From: Phycisphaerae bacterium
GTDB taxonomy: Bacteria > Planctomycetota > Phycisphaerae > UBA1845 > Fen-1342
Assembly (NCBI GenBank): GCA_050115495.1
Contig: JASFQK010000012.1
Location: forward strand, 64,001 to 128,000
Direction: 5' to 3'
DNA: 64,000 nt
Shown here: positions 50,800-61,275 of the stretch, in pieces
Layout of the letters: the number at the start of each line of letters is the position of its first letter
Position numbering within the stretch: the first letter of the stretch is position 1
Translations under genes and position numbers: made by a program
The notes under the pieces: model-generated
The model's input: only the letters and a program-made list of their open reading frames with translations
The model's database searches: none
What the model was told of the DNA's origin: nothing

Positions 50800-51390
50800 T
50801 CACTCCTCGTCGTCTTTCCCATCCGCGGGCGGCGTCGCCGGTCCGCTCGACACGATGACCCGGGCGGGCCGCAGCACACGCTCATGCATCTTGTAGCCGC
50901 GGGCCAGCTCCTGCATCACCGTGCCCGCCGGGTGTTCGTCGCTCGGCTGTTGGAGCATCGCCTCGTGGAACGAGGGATCAAACGGGCGGCCGGCGGCCTC
51001 GATCGGCTCGATATTCCGACTCTTAAGCACCTTTAAGAAGTGCTCATATACAATCCGCACGCCGTCCGCAACGGCGGCGACGTTCTCCGCCCCCGCCGCC
51101 GAGTCACGCGTGCGTTCGAGATCGTCCAGGATAACGAGCAGCTCGCGGGCGAAATCCGACTCCGCGTAACGCAAAGCCTCGGCTCGCTCCCGCGCCGCCC
51201 GTTGCTGGAGGTTGCGCGTTTCCGCGACCAGCCGCAGCTTTTCTTCGCGCAGGGCCTCGTTCTCCTGCTGGAGCGCCGTCAGCGGATCCACCGGCGTTTC
51301 GGCAGCGTCCGACTCGACGGGCTCCGCCTCGGCGGGCCGATCTTCCTGGTCCGTCGTTTCCGGTTCTCGCGATTTTCCGTTATCCGCCAT
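50800..51390 (-). CDS. grpE: Nucleotide exchange factor GrpE
   Basis: LDDLER, FDPSFHEAM, GYKMHERVLRPARVIVS. Confidence 0.95.
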   Translation of the reverse strand: MADNGKSREPETTDQEDRPAEAEPVESDAAETPVDPLTALQQENEALREEKLRLVAETRNLQQRAARERAEALRYAESDFARELLVILDDLERTRDSAAGAENVAAVADGVRIVYEHFLKVLKSRNIEPIEAAGRPFDPSFHEAMLQQPSDEHPAGTVMQELARGYKMHERVLRPARVIVSSGPATPPADGKDDEE

Positions 51391-51446
51391 GGCCACGTCG
51401 TCCAATCCTCTGCGTACGCTCCAGAACTCTCACCGGTTCACGGCAA

Positions 51447-52592
51447 TCACTGCGCCTGATCGCCGCGCCCGGTCAAATACTCTTTCACTCGCTCGAAGAA
51501 CCCCTTGCTCTCCGGCAGGACGTTGGTGTCTTCGCTCGCCGCAAACTGCCGCAGCAGCTCTTCCTGCTCGCGAGTCAGCTTCTTGGGGATCTCGACCGTC
51601 ACCTGCACGATCTCGTCGCCCAGCCGCCCGCCGCGCAGGCTCGGCAACCCCTTCCCGTCGAGCTGAAAGATGGTGCCGTGCTGCGTTCCCGCCGGGATTC
51701 GCAGCGGCGCCGTTCCGTTCAGCGTCGGCACATCGACCTGCGTGCCCAAGGCCGCCTGCGTGAAGCTGATCGGCAGCCGGCAGATCAGGTGATTGCCGTC
51801 ACGGTGGAAGAACTCGTGCGGCCGTACGTGCACGACGCAGGTCAGGTCGCCACGTACCGCCCCGCCCGGCGCCGGTTCGCCCTCGCCGCGAATGCGGATG
51901 CTCTGCCCGTCGTGGATGCCCGCCGGCACCTTCACGTTCAGGACGCGCTCTTTCGGTGCGCGGCCGCTGCCGTGGCAAGCCTTGCATGGTTTATCGACGA
52001 CGGTGCCGCGCCCGCGACACGCCGGGCAATCCGTCACCGAGCGCGTCACGAAGAAGCCCATCGACGTCTGCCGCTCGACCTGGCCGTATCCGCCACACGT
52101 GCGGCAGGTCTGCGGCGCCGAGCCCGGCTCGCTGCCCTGCCCGCCGCAGCGTTCGCAGAAGTCGGCCCGCTCGAAATGCAGCGTCTTCTCGACGCCGGTG
52201 GCGACGTCGTTCAGATCGATTTCGAGCAGAGTCTGAATGTCGATGCCCCGCTCGACGCGACCGCGTCCCCGGCCGCGCATGCCGCCGAAGGCGTCGCCGA
52301 ACAGGTCGCCAAAGATACTGAAGATGTCGTCGATGCCCATGCCCGAGAAATCGTGCATGGTGGTGCCGCCGAGGCCGGCATGGCCGTAGCGGTCGTACCG
52401 TTGCCGCTTCTCGGGATCGGAAAGGACTTCGTACGCCTCGGCGGCAGCTTTGAACTGCACTTCGGCGTCGGGCTCGCGGTTGCGGTCGGGGTGGTATTTG
52501 AGCGCGGCCTGACGGTAGGCCCGCTTGATATCCGCCGGGCTGGCGGTACGGGCAACGCCCAGCACTTCGTAATAATCGCGTTGCTCGGCCAC
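51447..52592 (-). CDS. dnaJ: Chaperone DnaJ
   Basis: [13 protein letters not shown] region, four CxxCxGxG motifs. Confidence 0.97.
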   Translation of the reverse strand: MAEQRDYYEVLGVARTASPADIKRAYRQAALKYHPDRNREPDAEVQFKAAAEAYEVLSDPEKRQRYDRYGHAGLGGTTMHDFSGMGIDDIFSIFGDLFGDAFGGMRGRGRGRVERGIDIQTLLEIDLNDVATGVEKTLHFERADFCERCGGQGSEPGSAPQTCRTCGGYGQVERQTSMGFFVTRSVTDCPACRGRGTVVDKPCKACHGSGRAPKERVLNVKVPAGIHDGQSIRIRGEGEPAPGGAVRGDLTCVVHVRPHEFFHRDGNHLICRLPISFTQAALGTQVDVPTLNGTAPLRIPAGTQHGTIFQLDGKGLPSLRGGRLGDEIVQVTVEIPKKLTREQEELLRQFAASEDTNVLPESKGFFERVKEYLTGRGDQAQ

Positions 52593-52677
52593 AAGCTCAC
52601 CCTTCGGTTGCCGGCCCTATCGGCCGGCCCGGAGCGTTCTCTTCACTTCCCGGCGGCCTCGGAACCGCGCCCGCCCG

Positions 52678-52717
52678 CAAAACACGAGGGGCGACTCGCC
52701 TGCGCGAGTGCCCCTCG
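52678..52717 (-). terminator. Terminator-like hairpin between groEL and dnaJ
   Basis: CGAGGGGC/GCCCCTCG plus ACTCGC/GCGAGT stem, followed by TGTTTT on the - strand. Confidence 0.65.
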
Positions 52718-52760
52718 GGCATGCCTGCCGTCTGCGGCCATTCCGGCGGCGCGGGGGCGA

Positions 52761-54377
52761 TTAGTGCGTGGCGCCCTCGATCTTCTCGTGCTTGTCCTCC
52801 TTGAACTCGGTGCACAGCACGTCGGTCGTCAGCATCAGACCGGCCACGCTCGCCGCGTTCTGGAGAGCCACGCGAGCCACCTTCGCCGGATCGATGATGC
52901 CGGCCGCCAGCATGTCCACGTACTCGCCCTTGGCCGCGTCGAACCCGAAGTTCTTCTTGCCGCCGAGGACTTCCTGGACCACCACGCCGCCGTCAAAGCC
53001 GGCGTTCTCGGCGATCTGGCGGATGGGGCTCTGGAGGGCCCGCAGGATGATGTTGTAGCCGATGGCCTCGTCGCCCTCGATGTTGCGAACGGCCTTGCGA
53101 ATCGGCTCGATGGCGTGCAGGAACGCGACGCCGCCGCCGGGGACGATGCCTTCCTCGGCCGCCGCCTTGGTCGCATGGAACGCGTCGTCGACGAGATCCT
53201 TGCGCTCCTTGACGTCGATCTCGGTCGCGCCGCCGACGCGGACCACGGCCACGCCGCCGGTCAGCTTGGCCAGGCGTTCCTGGAGCTTCTCGCGGTCGTA
53301 GTCGCTGGTGGTCTTCTCGATCTGGCTGCGGATCTGGCCGATGCGGGCCTCGATGTCCTTGCGCTTGCCGTCACCCTCGATGATGGTGGTCTCATCCTTG
53401 GTGATGACGATGCGCTTGGCCCGACCGAGCTGGCTCAGCTCGACGTGTTCGAGCTTGAGGCCCTGGTCCTCGCTGATGAACATGCCGCCGGTGAGGGCAG
53501 CGATATCGCCCAGCATGGCCTTGCGGCGATCGCCGAAGCCGGGGGCCTTCACCGCACAGACGTTGAGCACGCCACGGAGCCGGTTGACCACCAGGGTGGC
53601 CAGGGCCTCGCCCTCGATGTCCTCGGCGATGATCAGCAGCGGCTTGCCGGTGTTGACGATCTTCTCGAGCAGTGGGACCAGGTCGCGCAGCGAACCGATC
53701 TTCTTCTCGAAGATGAGGATGACCGGCTCGTCCAGCACGGCTTCGAGCGAGGCGGTGTTGGTGATGAAGTAGGGCGAGATGAAGCCCTTGTCGAACTGCA
53801 TGCCTTCCACGTGCTCCCACGTGGTTTCGATGCTCTTGCCCTCTTCGATCTCGATGACGCCGTCCTTACCGACCTTGTCGAAGGCTTCGGACAGCATCTT
53901 GCCGACCGTCTGGTCGCCGTTGGCGCTGATCGCCGCCACCTTGGCGATGTCGTCCTTGCCACGGACCTTGACCGACAGGCTCTTGATGGCCTCGACGGCC
54001 ACCTGCACCGCGGCGTCGATCCCGCGCTTCACCGCCATCGGGCTCGCGCCGGCGGTGATGTTCTTCAGCCCTTCGGCGAAGATGGACTCGGCCAGGACGG
54101 TGGCCGTCGTTGTGCCGTCACCGGCGAGATCGGACGTCTTGCTGGCGACCTCATTGACGAGCTTCGCGCCCATGTTCTGGAAGGGCTCGCCGAGCTCGAT
54201 TTCCTTGCTGACGGTGACGCCGTCCTTGGTGATCCGCGGGGCGCCCCACGACTTGTGCAACAGCACGTTGCGACCGACGGGCCCGAGCGTGGACTTGACG
54301 GCCTTGGCCAGCTTGCGCACGCCGGCCAGCATCTCGCGGCGGGCATGGTCGCTGTACATCAATTGCTTAGCAGGCAT
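52761..54377 (-). CDS. groL: Chaperonin GroEL (copy without GGM tail)
   Basis: [42 protein letters not shown]. Confidence 0.97.
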   Translation of the reverse strand: MPAKQLMYSDHARREMLAGVRKLAKAVKSTLGPVGRNVLLHKSWGAPRITKDGVTVSKEIELGEPFQNMGAKLVNEVASKTSDLAGDGTTTATVLAESIFAEGLKNITAGASPMAVKRGIDAAVQVAVEAIKSLSVKVRGKDDIAKVAAISANGDQTVGKMLSEAFDKVGKDGVIEIEEGKSIETTWEHVEGMQFDKGFISPYFITNTASLEAVLDEPVILIFEKKIGSLRDLVPLLEKIVNTGKPLLIIAEDIEGEALATLVVNRLRGVLNVCAVKAPGFGDRRKAMLGDIAALTGGMFISEDQGLKLEHVELSQLGRAKRIVITKDETTIIEGDGKRKDIEARIGQIRSQIEKTTSDYDREKLQERLAKLTGGVAVVRVGGATEIDVKERKDLVDDAFHATKAAAEEGIVPGGGVAFLHAIEPIRKAVRNIEGDEAIGYNIILRALQSPIRQIAENAGFDGGVVVQEVLGGKKNFGFDAAKGEYVDMLAAGIIDPAKVARVALQNAASVAGLMLTTDVLCTEFKEDKHEKIEGATH

Positions 54378-54483
54378 GTTCTCGATCCTTCACCACGGCC
54401 GGCGGCGGGCCGGCCGAAAGCCAGAGTTTCTGATGCCGGCGGCCGGGCGGTTCTCGCCGGCCGCAACGCCGCCCGAAGACCCG

Positions 54484-54798
54484 CTACTCGGAGATTGCCA
54501 GGATGTCGCTCTCACGCAGGATGACGAACGTGTCGCCCTCGAGCTCGACCTCGGTGCCGCTGTACTTGCCGTAGAAGACGCGGTCGCCGACCTTCACGGA
54601 CATCTTGCCGCGGGCCCCGGTCTTCTCCATGAGCCGGCCGGGACCGGTGGCGATGATCTTGCCCTGCACGGGCTTCTCGCGTGCCGAATCGGGCAGCACG
54701 ATCCCGCCGCGGGTCATCTGCTCCGCCTCGAACGGTTCCACGACCACGCGGTCGTCCAGGGGGCGAATCTTGAGCTTCTTCGCAGTCGCTGTTGCCAT
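54484..54798 (-). CDS. groES: Co-chaperonin GroES
   Basis: IRPLDDRVVV, GGIVLPD, VKVGDRV, KYSGTE, ESDILA. Confidence 0.97.
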   Translation of the reverse strand: MATATAKKLKIRPLDDRVVVEPFEAEQMTRGGIVLPDSAREKPVQGKIIATGPGRLMEKTGARGKMSVKVGDRVFYGKYSGTEVELEGDTFVILRESDILAISE

Positions 54799-54942
54799 CT
54801 CGCTCTACTCTCCATTACCAGGCTGTTTCACTGGTTCGTTCACGTTCGGTCGTACCGGGCTCTCTGTCCTATCCACCTGCATGTCGTTGCGCTGGGCACC
54901 AGATCTCCGGAGACAGCAGCCTCCACGGGGCCTGCACCGAAA

Positions 54943-55251
54943 TCACTCGGGCAGTTGCTTCACTGTCGCCCGGTCAATGAAGTTCCGCGGAGCACGTTTC
55001 AGATCTCCCCTCGCGAAGAGTTCCGGCCGGGGGAGGCTCTCGCTGCCCAACTTGACTTGGTACTCATTTCGCTCCACGGGCCCCGGCCAGTGTTGCAGTG
55101 GCGCGGGTTCGGCGTCTTCCGGCACGAACTCCACTTGTGGGACCGTGCAGCGCACGACCTTCACGATCTTACCGCGACGCCATTCAGCACCGATCCTCAC
55201 CATCACCAAATCCCCCACCCGAAGTTCGTCTTCTGACCGTGTGTTGGACAT
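54943..55251 (-). CDS. Hypothetical protein, SH3/Tudor-like pattern
   Basis: GGAGG RBS; LRVGDLVMVRIGAEWRRGKIVKV; co-oriented with the operon. Confidence 0.6.
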   Translation of the reverse strand: MSNTRSEDELRVGDLVMVRIGAEWRRGKIVKVVRCTVPQVEFVPEDAEPAPLQHWPGPVERNEYQVKLGSESLPRPELFARGDLKRAPRNFIDRATVKQLPE

Positions 55252-55332
55252 GTCTGTCCTCCAACGACAAGCTCCGTCCGGCAGCAGTCCGCAACAAGAA
55301 CGGGCCGCTCGCAGACGTCAACCGTACCTGGG

Positions 55333-57030
55333 CTACATCATGCCCATGCCGCCCATGCCTCCCATGCCGCCCATACCACCCATGCCGCCCATGCCCATCT
55401 CGTCATCCATGCCCGGGCCGCCGGGGCCGGCCTTCTTGGCCTGCGGCTTCTCGGCGATCAGGCACGCGCTGGACAGGAGCACGCGGGCGACGCTGCTGCC
55501 GTTCTCCAGGGCGGAGCGGACGACCTTCGTCGGGTCGATGATGCCCATCTTGAACATGTCGCCGTAGTCGCCCGTCGCCGCGTTGAAGCCGAACGACTTC
55601 TCGCCGTCCGTCACCTTCTTCAGCACGACGGCCGGCTCGTAACCGGCGTTGTCGGCGATCTGCTTCAGGGGCATGGTCAGGGCGTCGCGGATGATCTTCA
55701 CGCCGGCCTTCTCGGCACTGCCCTTGATTCTGACGCTGTCCAGCGCCCCAAGGGCCCGCAGCAGGGCCACGCCGCCGCCGGGAACGATGCCTTCCTCGAT
55801 GGCCGCACGGGTCGCATGCAGGGCGTCCTCGACGCGGGCCTTCTTCTCTTTCAGCTCGGCCTCGCTGGCCGCCCCGACCTGGATCTGGGCCACGCCGCCC
55901 GACAGCTTCGCCAGGCGCTCCTGGAGCTTCTCGCGGTCGTAGTCGCTGGTCGTCTGCTCGATTTCCCGGCGGATCTGCTCGATACGCCCGCGGATCTCGC
56001 CGCTCGAACCGGCACCCTCGACGATCGTGGTGTTGTCGGCGCTGATACGGATCTTCTTTGCCTGGCCCAGGTCGGCGATGGACACCTTGTCCAATTCGAG
56101 GCCCAGGTCCTTGAAGATCGGCTTGCCGCCGGTGAGGACCGCGATGTCTTCGAGCATAGCCTTGCGCCGATCGCCGTAGCCGGGGGCCTTCACCGCGGCG
56201 ACGTTCAGAATGCCGCGCAGCTTGTTGACCACCAGCATGGCCAGGGCCTCGCCCTCGACGTCTTCGGCGATGATGAGCAGCGGTCGCTTGGCCTGGGCCA
56301 CCTTCTCCAACAGCGGGACGAGCTTGGTCACGCTGCTGATCTTGTCCTCGTACACGAGCACGTAGGCTTTCTCGAGCAGCGTCTCCATCGCGTCCTGATC
56401 GGTGACGAAGTGCGGGCTGAGATAGCCACGGTCGAACTGCATGCCTTCGACGACCTCGACCACGGTGTCCAGGCTCTTGCCCTCTTCGACCGTGATCACG
56501 CCGTCCTTGCCGACCTTGCCGAAGCAGTCGGCGATGATCTCGCCGATGGAGCGATCGTTGTTCGCCGAGATGCTGGCGATGTTGACGATGTCGTCGGCCT
56601 GCTTCGCGGTGAGCTTGACCGGGCGGGAATTGCTGGCCAATTCGGCTACGACGGCCCGGACGGCCGCCTCGATCCCGCGGTTGATCCCGTTCGGGTCATG
56701 GCCGGCCACGACCGTCCGCAGACCCTCGCGATAGATCGCCTCGGCGAGGACGGTCGCGGTGGTCGTGCCGTCGCCGGCGACGTCGCTGGTCTTGCTGGCG
56801 GCCTGCTTCACAAGCTGGGCGCCCATGTTCTCGTACTTGTTGTGCAGCTCGATCTCTTCGGCGACGGTGACGCCGTCCTTGGTGACGGTCGGGCCGCCCC
56901 AGCCCTTGTCGAGGACGGCATTGCGGCCCCGGGGACCGAAGGTGCTGCGTACCGCAGAAGCCAGTTTCTCCACCCCCGCCAGGACCGCCTTCTGGGCTTC
57001 CTGATCGAACGCCAGTTGCTTGACCGCCAT
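55333..57030 (-). CDS. groL: Chaperonin GroEL (GGM tail)
   Basis: Canonical GroEL motifs; C-terminal [28 protein letters not shown]. Confidence 0.97.
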   Translation of the reverse strand: MAVKQLAFDQEAQKAVLAGVEKLASAVRSTFGPRGRNAVLDKGWGGPTVTKDGVTVAEEIELHNKYENMGAQLVKQAASKTSDVAGDGTTTATVLAEAIYREGLRTVVAGHDPNGINRGIEAAVRAVVAELASNSRPVKLTAKQADDIVNIASISANNDRSIGEIIADCFGKVGKDGVITVEEGKSLDTVVEVVEGMQFDRGYLSPHFVTDQDAMETLLEKAYVLVYEDKISSVTKLVPLLEKVAQAKRPLLIIAEDVEGEALAMLVVNKLRGILNVAAVKAPGYGDRRKAMLEDIAVLTGGKPIFKDLGLELDKVSIADLGQAKKIRISADNTTIVEGAGSSGEIRGRIEQIRREIEQTTSDYDREKLQERLAKLSGGVAQIQVGAASEAELKEKKARVEDALHATRAAIEEGIVPGGGVALLRALGALDSVRIKGSAEKAGVKIIRDALTMPLKQIADNAGYEPAVVLKKVTDGEKSFGFNAATGDYGDMFKMGIIDPTKVVRSALENGSSVARVLLSSACLIAEKPQAKKAGPGGPGMDDEMGMGGMGGMGGMGGMGGMGMM

Positions 57031-57126
57031 GCGGACCTCTCCTTACCAGGCTGAGTGTCAGATAGGCACAAACCGCGCACGATCCCGGCCGAAGCCGAGA
57101 TGTACCACCGTACCTCCTCTCCCACT

Positions 57127-57143
57127 AGCAAGCCGGGTGCCAG
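57127..57143 (-). promoter_or_regulatory. sigma54 (-24/-12) promoter of the chaperone operon
   Basis: CTGGCAC-CCGGC-TTGCT: GG and GC are exactly 10 nt apart, about 95 nt upstream of groEL. Confidence 0.75.
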
Positions 57144-57378
57144 ATGCCCGGTCGCCGCAACTCCCTCGTAAGACCCGTTATAAAAAGCGCTTGCGCTTCG
57201 CACCCTCCTGTCGGCTCGCCAGCGGCCACCGCGTGACGTGCCGACTTGACCGTGCCAAACTGACAGGCCGCGTCGCCGGTTGCGTCTGCCGCGCGGACCG
57301 ACTATCGTTGGCCGACTTCACGGACCGGCGCGGTCCACAAACGGCAATCAGAGACCCTGCGCGAGCACGCCAGCCCGA

Positions 57379-59295
57379 ATGACTAGCGGTTTCCCCGGCA
57401 ATTCAGGCTCTGCCCCCCAGGGGCTCCTCGCCAACCGGCAGGGCAAGCCTAGCAAGAAACAGGCCCGCCAGGCCTTCTGGCGGATGCTCGGCCTCGTCTA
57501 CCCCCACCGGCGAGCCATGGCCTGGGGCATGATCCTCGGCCTCGGCGTCGCCCTGACCTACGCCGCCAGCCTCGGCGGGCTGCTCCCCATCCTGAAGGTC
57601 ATCGTCAGCACGGAGAGCCTGCCCGAGACGCTCCGCGCCTCGGCTGAGCACCGCGGCTGGTACGCCCCCCTGCTGAACTGGCTCGCCGACCTGCTCCCCG
57701 CCGGCAACACGCCCACCGCCCGCATGCAGACGTTGCTCATCCTGATGAGCCTGCTCATCGGCGTGAACCTGGTCGGCAACGTCCTCCGCGTCCTCTCGCA
57801 ATACCTCGTCCTCTTCGCCTCGAACCGGAGCATGATGGATCTCCGGCGGCACATGTACCGCAAGTCGCTGCACGTGCCCGCCAGCGAGATCGCCGGCGAT
57901 GTGTCGAACCGCGTCAGCCAGTTCATGTCCGACGCCCGCGAGGTCTTCCTGGGTGTCGTCACGCTCTTCGGCAAAGTGGCCCGCGAGCCGCTCAAGGCCA
58001 TCTGCGTGCTTATCGTCGCCCTGCTGCTCGACTATCGCCTGACGGCCGTCGTGCTGATCATCACGCCGGTCGCGGTCGGCGTGCTGTGGTACTTCGGCCG
58101 CAAGGTGCGGAAGGCGACCGTCCGCCTGCTCCAGGGCTACGCCCGCATGCTCGGCGGCCTCGAAGAGACTCTCCAGGGCATCGACGTCGTCAAGGGCTAC
58201 GCACGCGAGGGCCACGAACGCAAACGCATGTGGCAGATCGAGCGCGGCATGCTCCGCCAGATGCTCAAGCTGGCCTGGATCGAGGCCATCGCTTCGCCGC
58301 TGATCGAGGTGGTCGGCGTCATCGCCACCTCCGGCGGTATCGTCTGGCTGGCTTCACGGCAGTTCTCCGGCGAGATCAGCCCGGCCCACTTCATCACGAT
58401 GGTGGGCCTGCTGGCCGCCATGCTCGACCCGATCCGCAAGATCGCCAACGTGTACAACGCCGTGCAGCGCTCGGGTGCCGCGGCCATGCGCATCTTCGAG
58501 TTCCTCGATCGGCCGGAAGAGCAATCGCCGCTGGCGGCGCGCCGACTGGGCGCTCCCGGCCCGCGGCTGGTCGAGTTCACCGGGCTGACGTTCCGCTACA
58601 CGCCGTCGCAGCAGCCGCCCGCCCTGGACGATGTCTCGCTATCCGTCCGTGCCGGCGAGTGCCTGGCGATCGTCGGGCCGAACGGTAGCGGGAAGTCGAC
58701 GCTGGTGCGCATGCTGCCGCGTCTGCTCGACCCGCAGGCCGGGCGCATCACGATCGACGGTGTCGATGTCCACGAGATGAGCCTCAAGCACCTGCGGCAG
58801 CAGATCGCCCTGGTCACCCAGCGGCCGATCATCTTCGCCCGCAGCGTCCACGACAACATCGCCTATGGCAAAGACGGCGCCACGGCCGACGAGGTGCGTC
58901 AGGCCGCGGCCAAGGCCTACGCCGCCGAGTTCATCGAGCAGTGGCCCGACCAGTACGAAACGATCATGGGTGAGTTCGGGACGTCCGTCTCCGGCGGTCA
59001 GCGGCAGCGCATCGCCATCGCCCGGGCGTTCTTGAAGCCGGCGTCGATCCTGATCTTTGACGAGGCGACGAGCGAGATCGATGCCGAGAGCGAGCGGAAG
59101 ATCCACGCGGCGTTGCACGAACTGCGTCAGGGCAAGACGACGTTCCTGATCGCCCACCGCCACACGGTGATGGAGATGGCGGAGCGTCTGGTGGTGATGG
59201 ACGCCGGCCGCATCGTCGACGTCGGCACGCACGCCGAGCTCATCGCCCGCTGCCCGCTCTACGTCGCCCTCTACCAATCCCCCGTAACCCGCTGA
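57379..59295 (+). CDS. ABC transporter fused permease/ATPase (MsbA-like exporter)
   Basis: TM domain, GPNGSGKS, VSGGQRQR, IFDEATS, IAHR. Start codon uncertain. Confidence 0.92.
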   Translation: MTSGFPGNSGSAPQGLLANRQGKPSKKQARQAFWRMLGLVYPHRRAMAWGMILGLGVALTYAASLGGLLPILKVIVSTESLPETLRASAEHRGWYAPLLNWLADLLPAGNTPTARMQTLLILMSLLIGVNLVGNVLRVLSQYLVLFASNRSMMDLRRHMYRKSLHVPASEIAGDVSNRVSQFMSDAREVFLGVVTLFGKVAREPLKAICVLIVALLLDYRLTAVVLIITPVAVGVLWYFGRKVRKATVRLLQGYARMLGGLEETLQGIDVVKGYAREGHERKRMWQIERGMLRQMLKLAWIEAIASPLIEVVGVIATSGGIVWLASRQFSGEISPAHFITMVGLLAAMLDPIRKIANVYNAVQRSGAAAMRIFEFLDRPEEQSPLAARRLGAPGPRLVEFTGLTFRYTPSQQPPALDDVSLSVRAGECLAIVGPNGSGKSTLVRMLPRLLDPQAGRITIDGVDVHEMSLKHLRQQIALVTQRPIIFARSVHDNIAYGKDGATADEVRQAAAKAYAAEFIEQWPDQYETIMGEFGTSVSGGQRQRIAIARAFLKPASILIFDEATSEIDAESERKIHAALHELRQGKTTFLIAHRHTVMEMAERLVVMDAGRIVDVGTHAELIARCPLYVALYQSPVTR

Positions 59296-59305
59296 CCGTG
59301 GTCTC

Positions 59306-59476
59306 TGTGTGGCATGCCGAAGCCGAAGGCGCCGGCATGTGCATCCCGTAGCGGCCGGGCTCCGCACCGGACGTCCGCGTGTCGACCGTCTTCGTAGCGT
59401 CGGCCCCCCGTGGCCGACGTCGATCGCCGAACGACGCACGTTGCGCAACGTAGCGGCCGACCTCCGCGTCGGCCGT
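59306..59476 (+). repeat. REP cluster: one family A copy plus three GTAG-foot hairpins
   Basis: Family A at 59306-59340; GTAGCG-hairpins at 59348, 59394 and 59450 (e.g. GTAGCGGCCGACCTCCGCGTCGGCCGT). Confidence 0.75.
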
Positions 59477-59580
59477 CGATCACCTCACTATGACCGCAAC
59501 GCCAACCACTCCGCGAGTCTGCCATTGCGCTTGGACCGTGTTGCCTCTCTTCTGCTCACGGCCTCACGCCTGCCCACCCC

Positions 59581-60399
59581 TCAAGGCGCGATCGATTGCC
59601 ACACAACATCGACGAAGAGTGCCGTGCTGTAACCCAGCCGCCACGAGATCATCAGCACGCCGGGCATCGCCACCAGGATCACCGGCACCGTCCACTTCCG
59701 CCGCAGCCACACGCACAGCACGACGGTCAACACGATCATCCACCAGTAGTAGACCGCGCCGCATACCAGCTCCGGTAGGTTGTACTCGTCGATCGGCCAG
59801 TACACGTACTGCCTGATCGAAGCCTCATCGAGAATCCACGGGAACTCGAACGCCTCGGTGTAGTCCATGAGGATCGGCGGCCCCGCTGCCCAGTCCAGCA
59901 CGACAAAGGCCGTCGTGTACAGCGACACTTTCCTCCAGAAGGACCACAGCCGCCAGCCGTGCCGCCATCGGAAGTTGCACAGGAAGAACAGCAGCGACTG
60001 CACCTCGATGTGCACCCAGCAGCCGGCCACCCAGGCCACGTATTGGTGCCAATCACCAAAGTGCCGAAGACTTGCCGCCGCGTTGCCCCCCATCCCCACG
60101 GCCATGCACACCAAGGCGAACACCGTCGCCCGGCCCAACCGCGACTTCTCCGATAGCCGCCGCGCGAACCTGATCGGCCGCACCAGCACCCACACCCACG
60201 TCAGCAGCCCCGCTGTGAGCAATCGCCAGCCGCGCGCCGTGTCCAGCGGCAGTTCACCCGGCCGGCCTGCCGCCTGGATGGCGGCCCAGTCGATCACGCG
60301 TCCACACTCGGGACAGCGGTCTTCCGGCAATCCGATGAGTACGTAGCCGCAATGCAGGCACCGCGGTGCGTTCTTCAGGTCGGCGTTGATGTCCGGCAT
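59581..60399 (-). CDS. Zn-ribbon membrane protein
   Basis: CLHCGYVLIGLPEDRCPECG followed by about 6 hydrophobic segments; GGAG RBS. Confidence 0.8.
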   Translation of the reverse strand: MPDINADLKNAPRCLHCGYVLIGLPEDRCPECGRVIDWAAIQAAGRPGELPLDTARGWRLLTAGLLTWVWVLVRPIRFARRLSEKSRLGRATVFALVCMAVGMGGNAAASLRHFGDWHQYVAWVAGCWVHIEVQSLLFFLCNFRWRHGWRLWSFWRKVSLYTTAFVVLDWAAGPPILMDYTEAFEFPWILDEASIRQYVYWPIDEYNLPELVCGAVYYWWMIVLTVVLCVWLRRKWTVPVILVAMPGVLMISWRLGYSTALFVDVVWQSIAP

Positions 60400-60461
60400 G
60401 GATAGCTCCACCCCGTCAACCGGGTCCCCCACAGCATACCGCGCCCCCCAGCCGCCCGCCC

Positions 60462-60494
60462 ACATGCCGGCGCTGCGCTTCGGCATGCCACACA
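60462..60494 (-). repeat. Inverted family A REP copy
   Basis: Identical to 17393-17425 (ACATGCCGGCGCTGCGCTTCGGCATGCCACACA). Confidence 0.85.
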
Positions 60495-60569
60495 ACCGCA
60501 TCGGCCGTCGATCGTCGATTGCCCCGCAATTCGCCAACCGACTCCCATCCGCACCGCCTCGTTGCCTCG

Positions 60570-60677
60570 CCACCCTGAGCGCAGCCGAAGGGCCACCCTG
60601 AGCACAGTCGGAGGGGTTGTCTGCTTCATCCGCCCCTTTGCCCCTCTGTTCCTCTGTTCCTTTGTCCCTTTGCCCCT
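60570..60677. repeat. Tandem 23-bp pair plus octamer array
   Basis: CCACCCTGAGCGCAGCCGAAGGG / CCACCCTGAGCACAGTCGGAGGG (60570-60615); (CCTYTGYY)x5 at 60635-60674. Confidence 0.7.
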
Positions 60678-60704
60678 AGACTCCTCCGCTACAATGCCGC
60701 CACC

Positions 60705-61019
60705 ATGGAAGACTTCATCAGCGAACCGCTCACCGCCCATCCCGGCACGTTCGACCCGCAGGCCATGGCCGCCGGCCTGCCCGGCCTTCCTGCCGGCTTC
60801 GACTGGCGGGGCGAATCGTACGAGGTCCTGGCGGAGCTGGAGCGGTGGAAGCAATCCGGCACGGAAGGCGGCCGTCCGGAGGGCGAGCGCTACCTCCGCC
60901 GGCATTACTACCGCTTGCACATGTCAGACGGCACGACATGGACCGTCTACTTCATCCGCCAAACCCCGCGCAGCGGCTCCCCCCGCCAGCGCTGGTTCCT
61001 GTACTCCATCGACCACTAG
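60705..61019 (+). CDS. DUF6504-like hypothetical protein
   Basis: FISEPL, P..FDWRGESYEV...ERW, RRHYYRL, WFL; TACAAT 9 nt upstream. Confidence 0.75.
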   Translation: MEDFISEPLTAHPGTFDPQAMAAGLPGLPAGFDWRGESYEVLAELERWKQSGTEGGRPEGERYLRRHYYRLHMSDGTTWTVYFIRQTPRSGSPRQRWFLYSIDH

Positions 61020-61275
61020 CATTACCTAACACTCCACCGCCAGCGCAGCGGCCCTGGCCACGCCACGTGCGACCGCCAACGCCGGCGTCACTCGTCGACA
61101 CGCCGCATCTGCCCGCGCCTTATGCTTTGCGCGATGATCCGGTCAAGCATGTAGCTGACAAAACGAGTCGGAATCGCTTGTATATGGGTTCGCCGCATGG
61201 GATCATATTCTCCAGCCATTGCGCGTCGCCGAAGTATTGGCCTAGTCCATCGTCTCCCGTCCTCGCAGGTGTCAC

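Noticed and set aside
57035..57061. Possible CIRCE element before groEL
   Set aside because: Only a right-half-like GAGTGTCA is present; no matching left arm 9 nt upstream.
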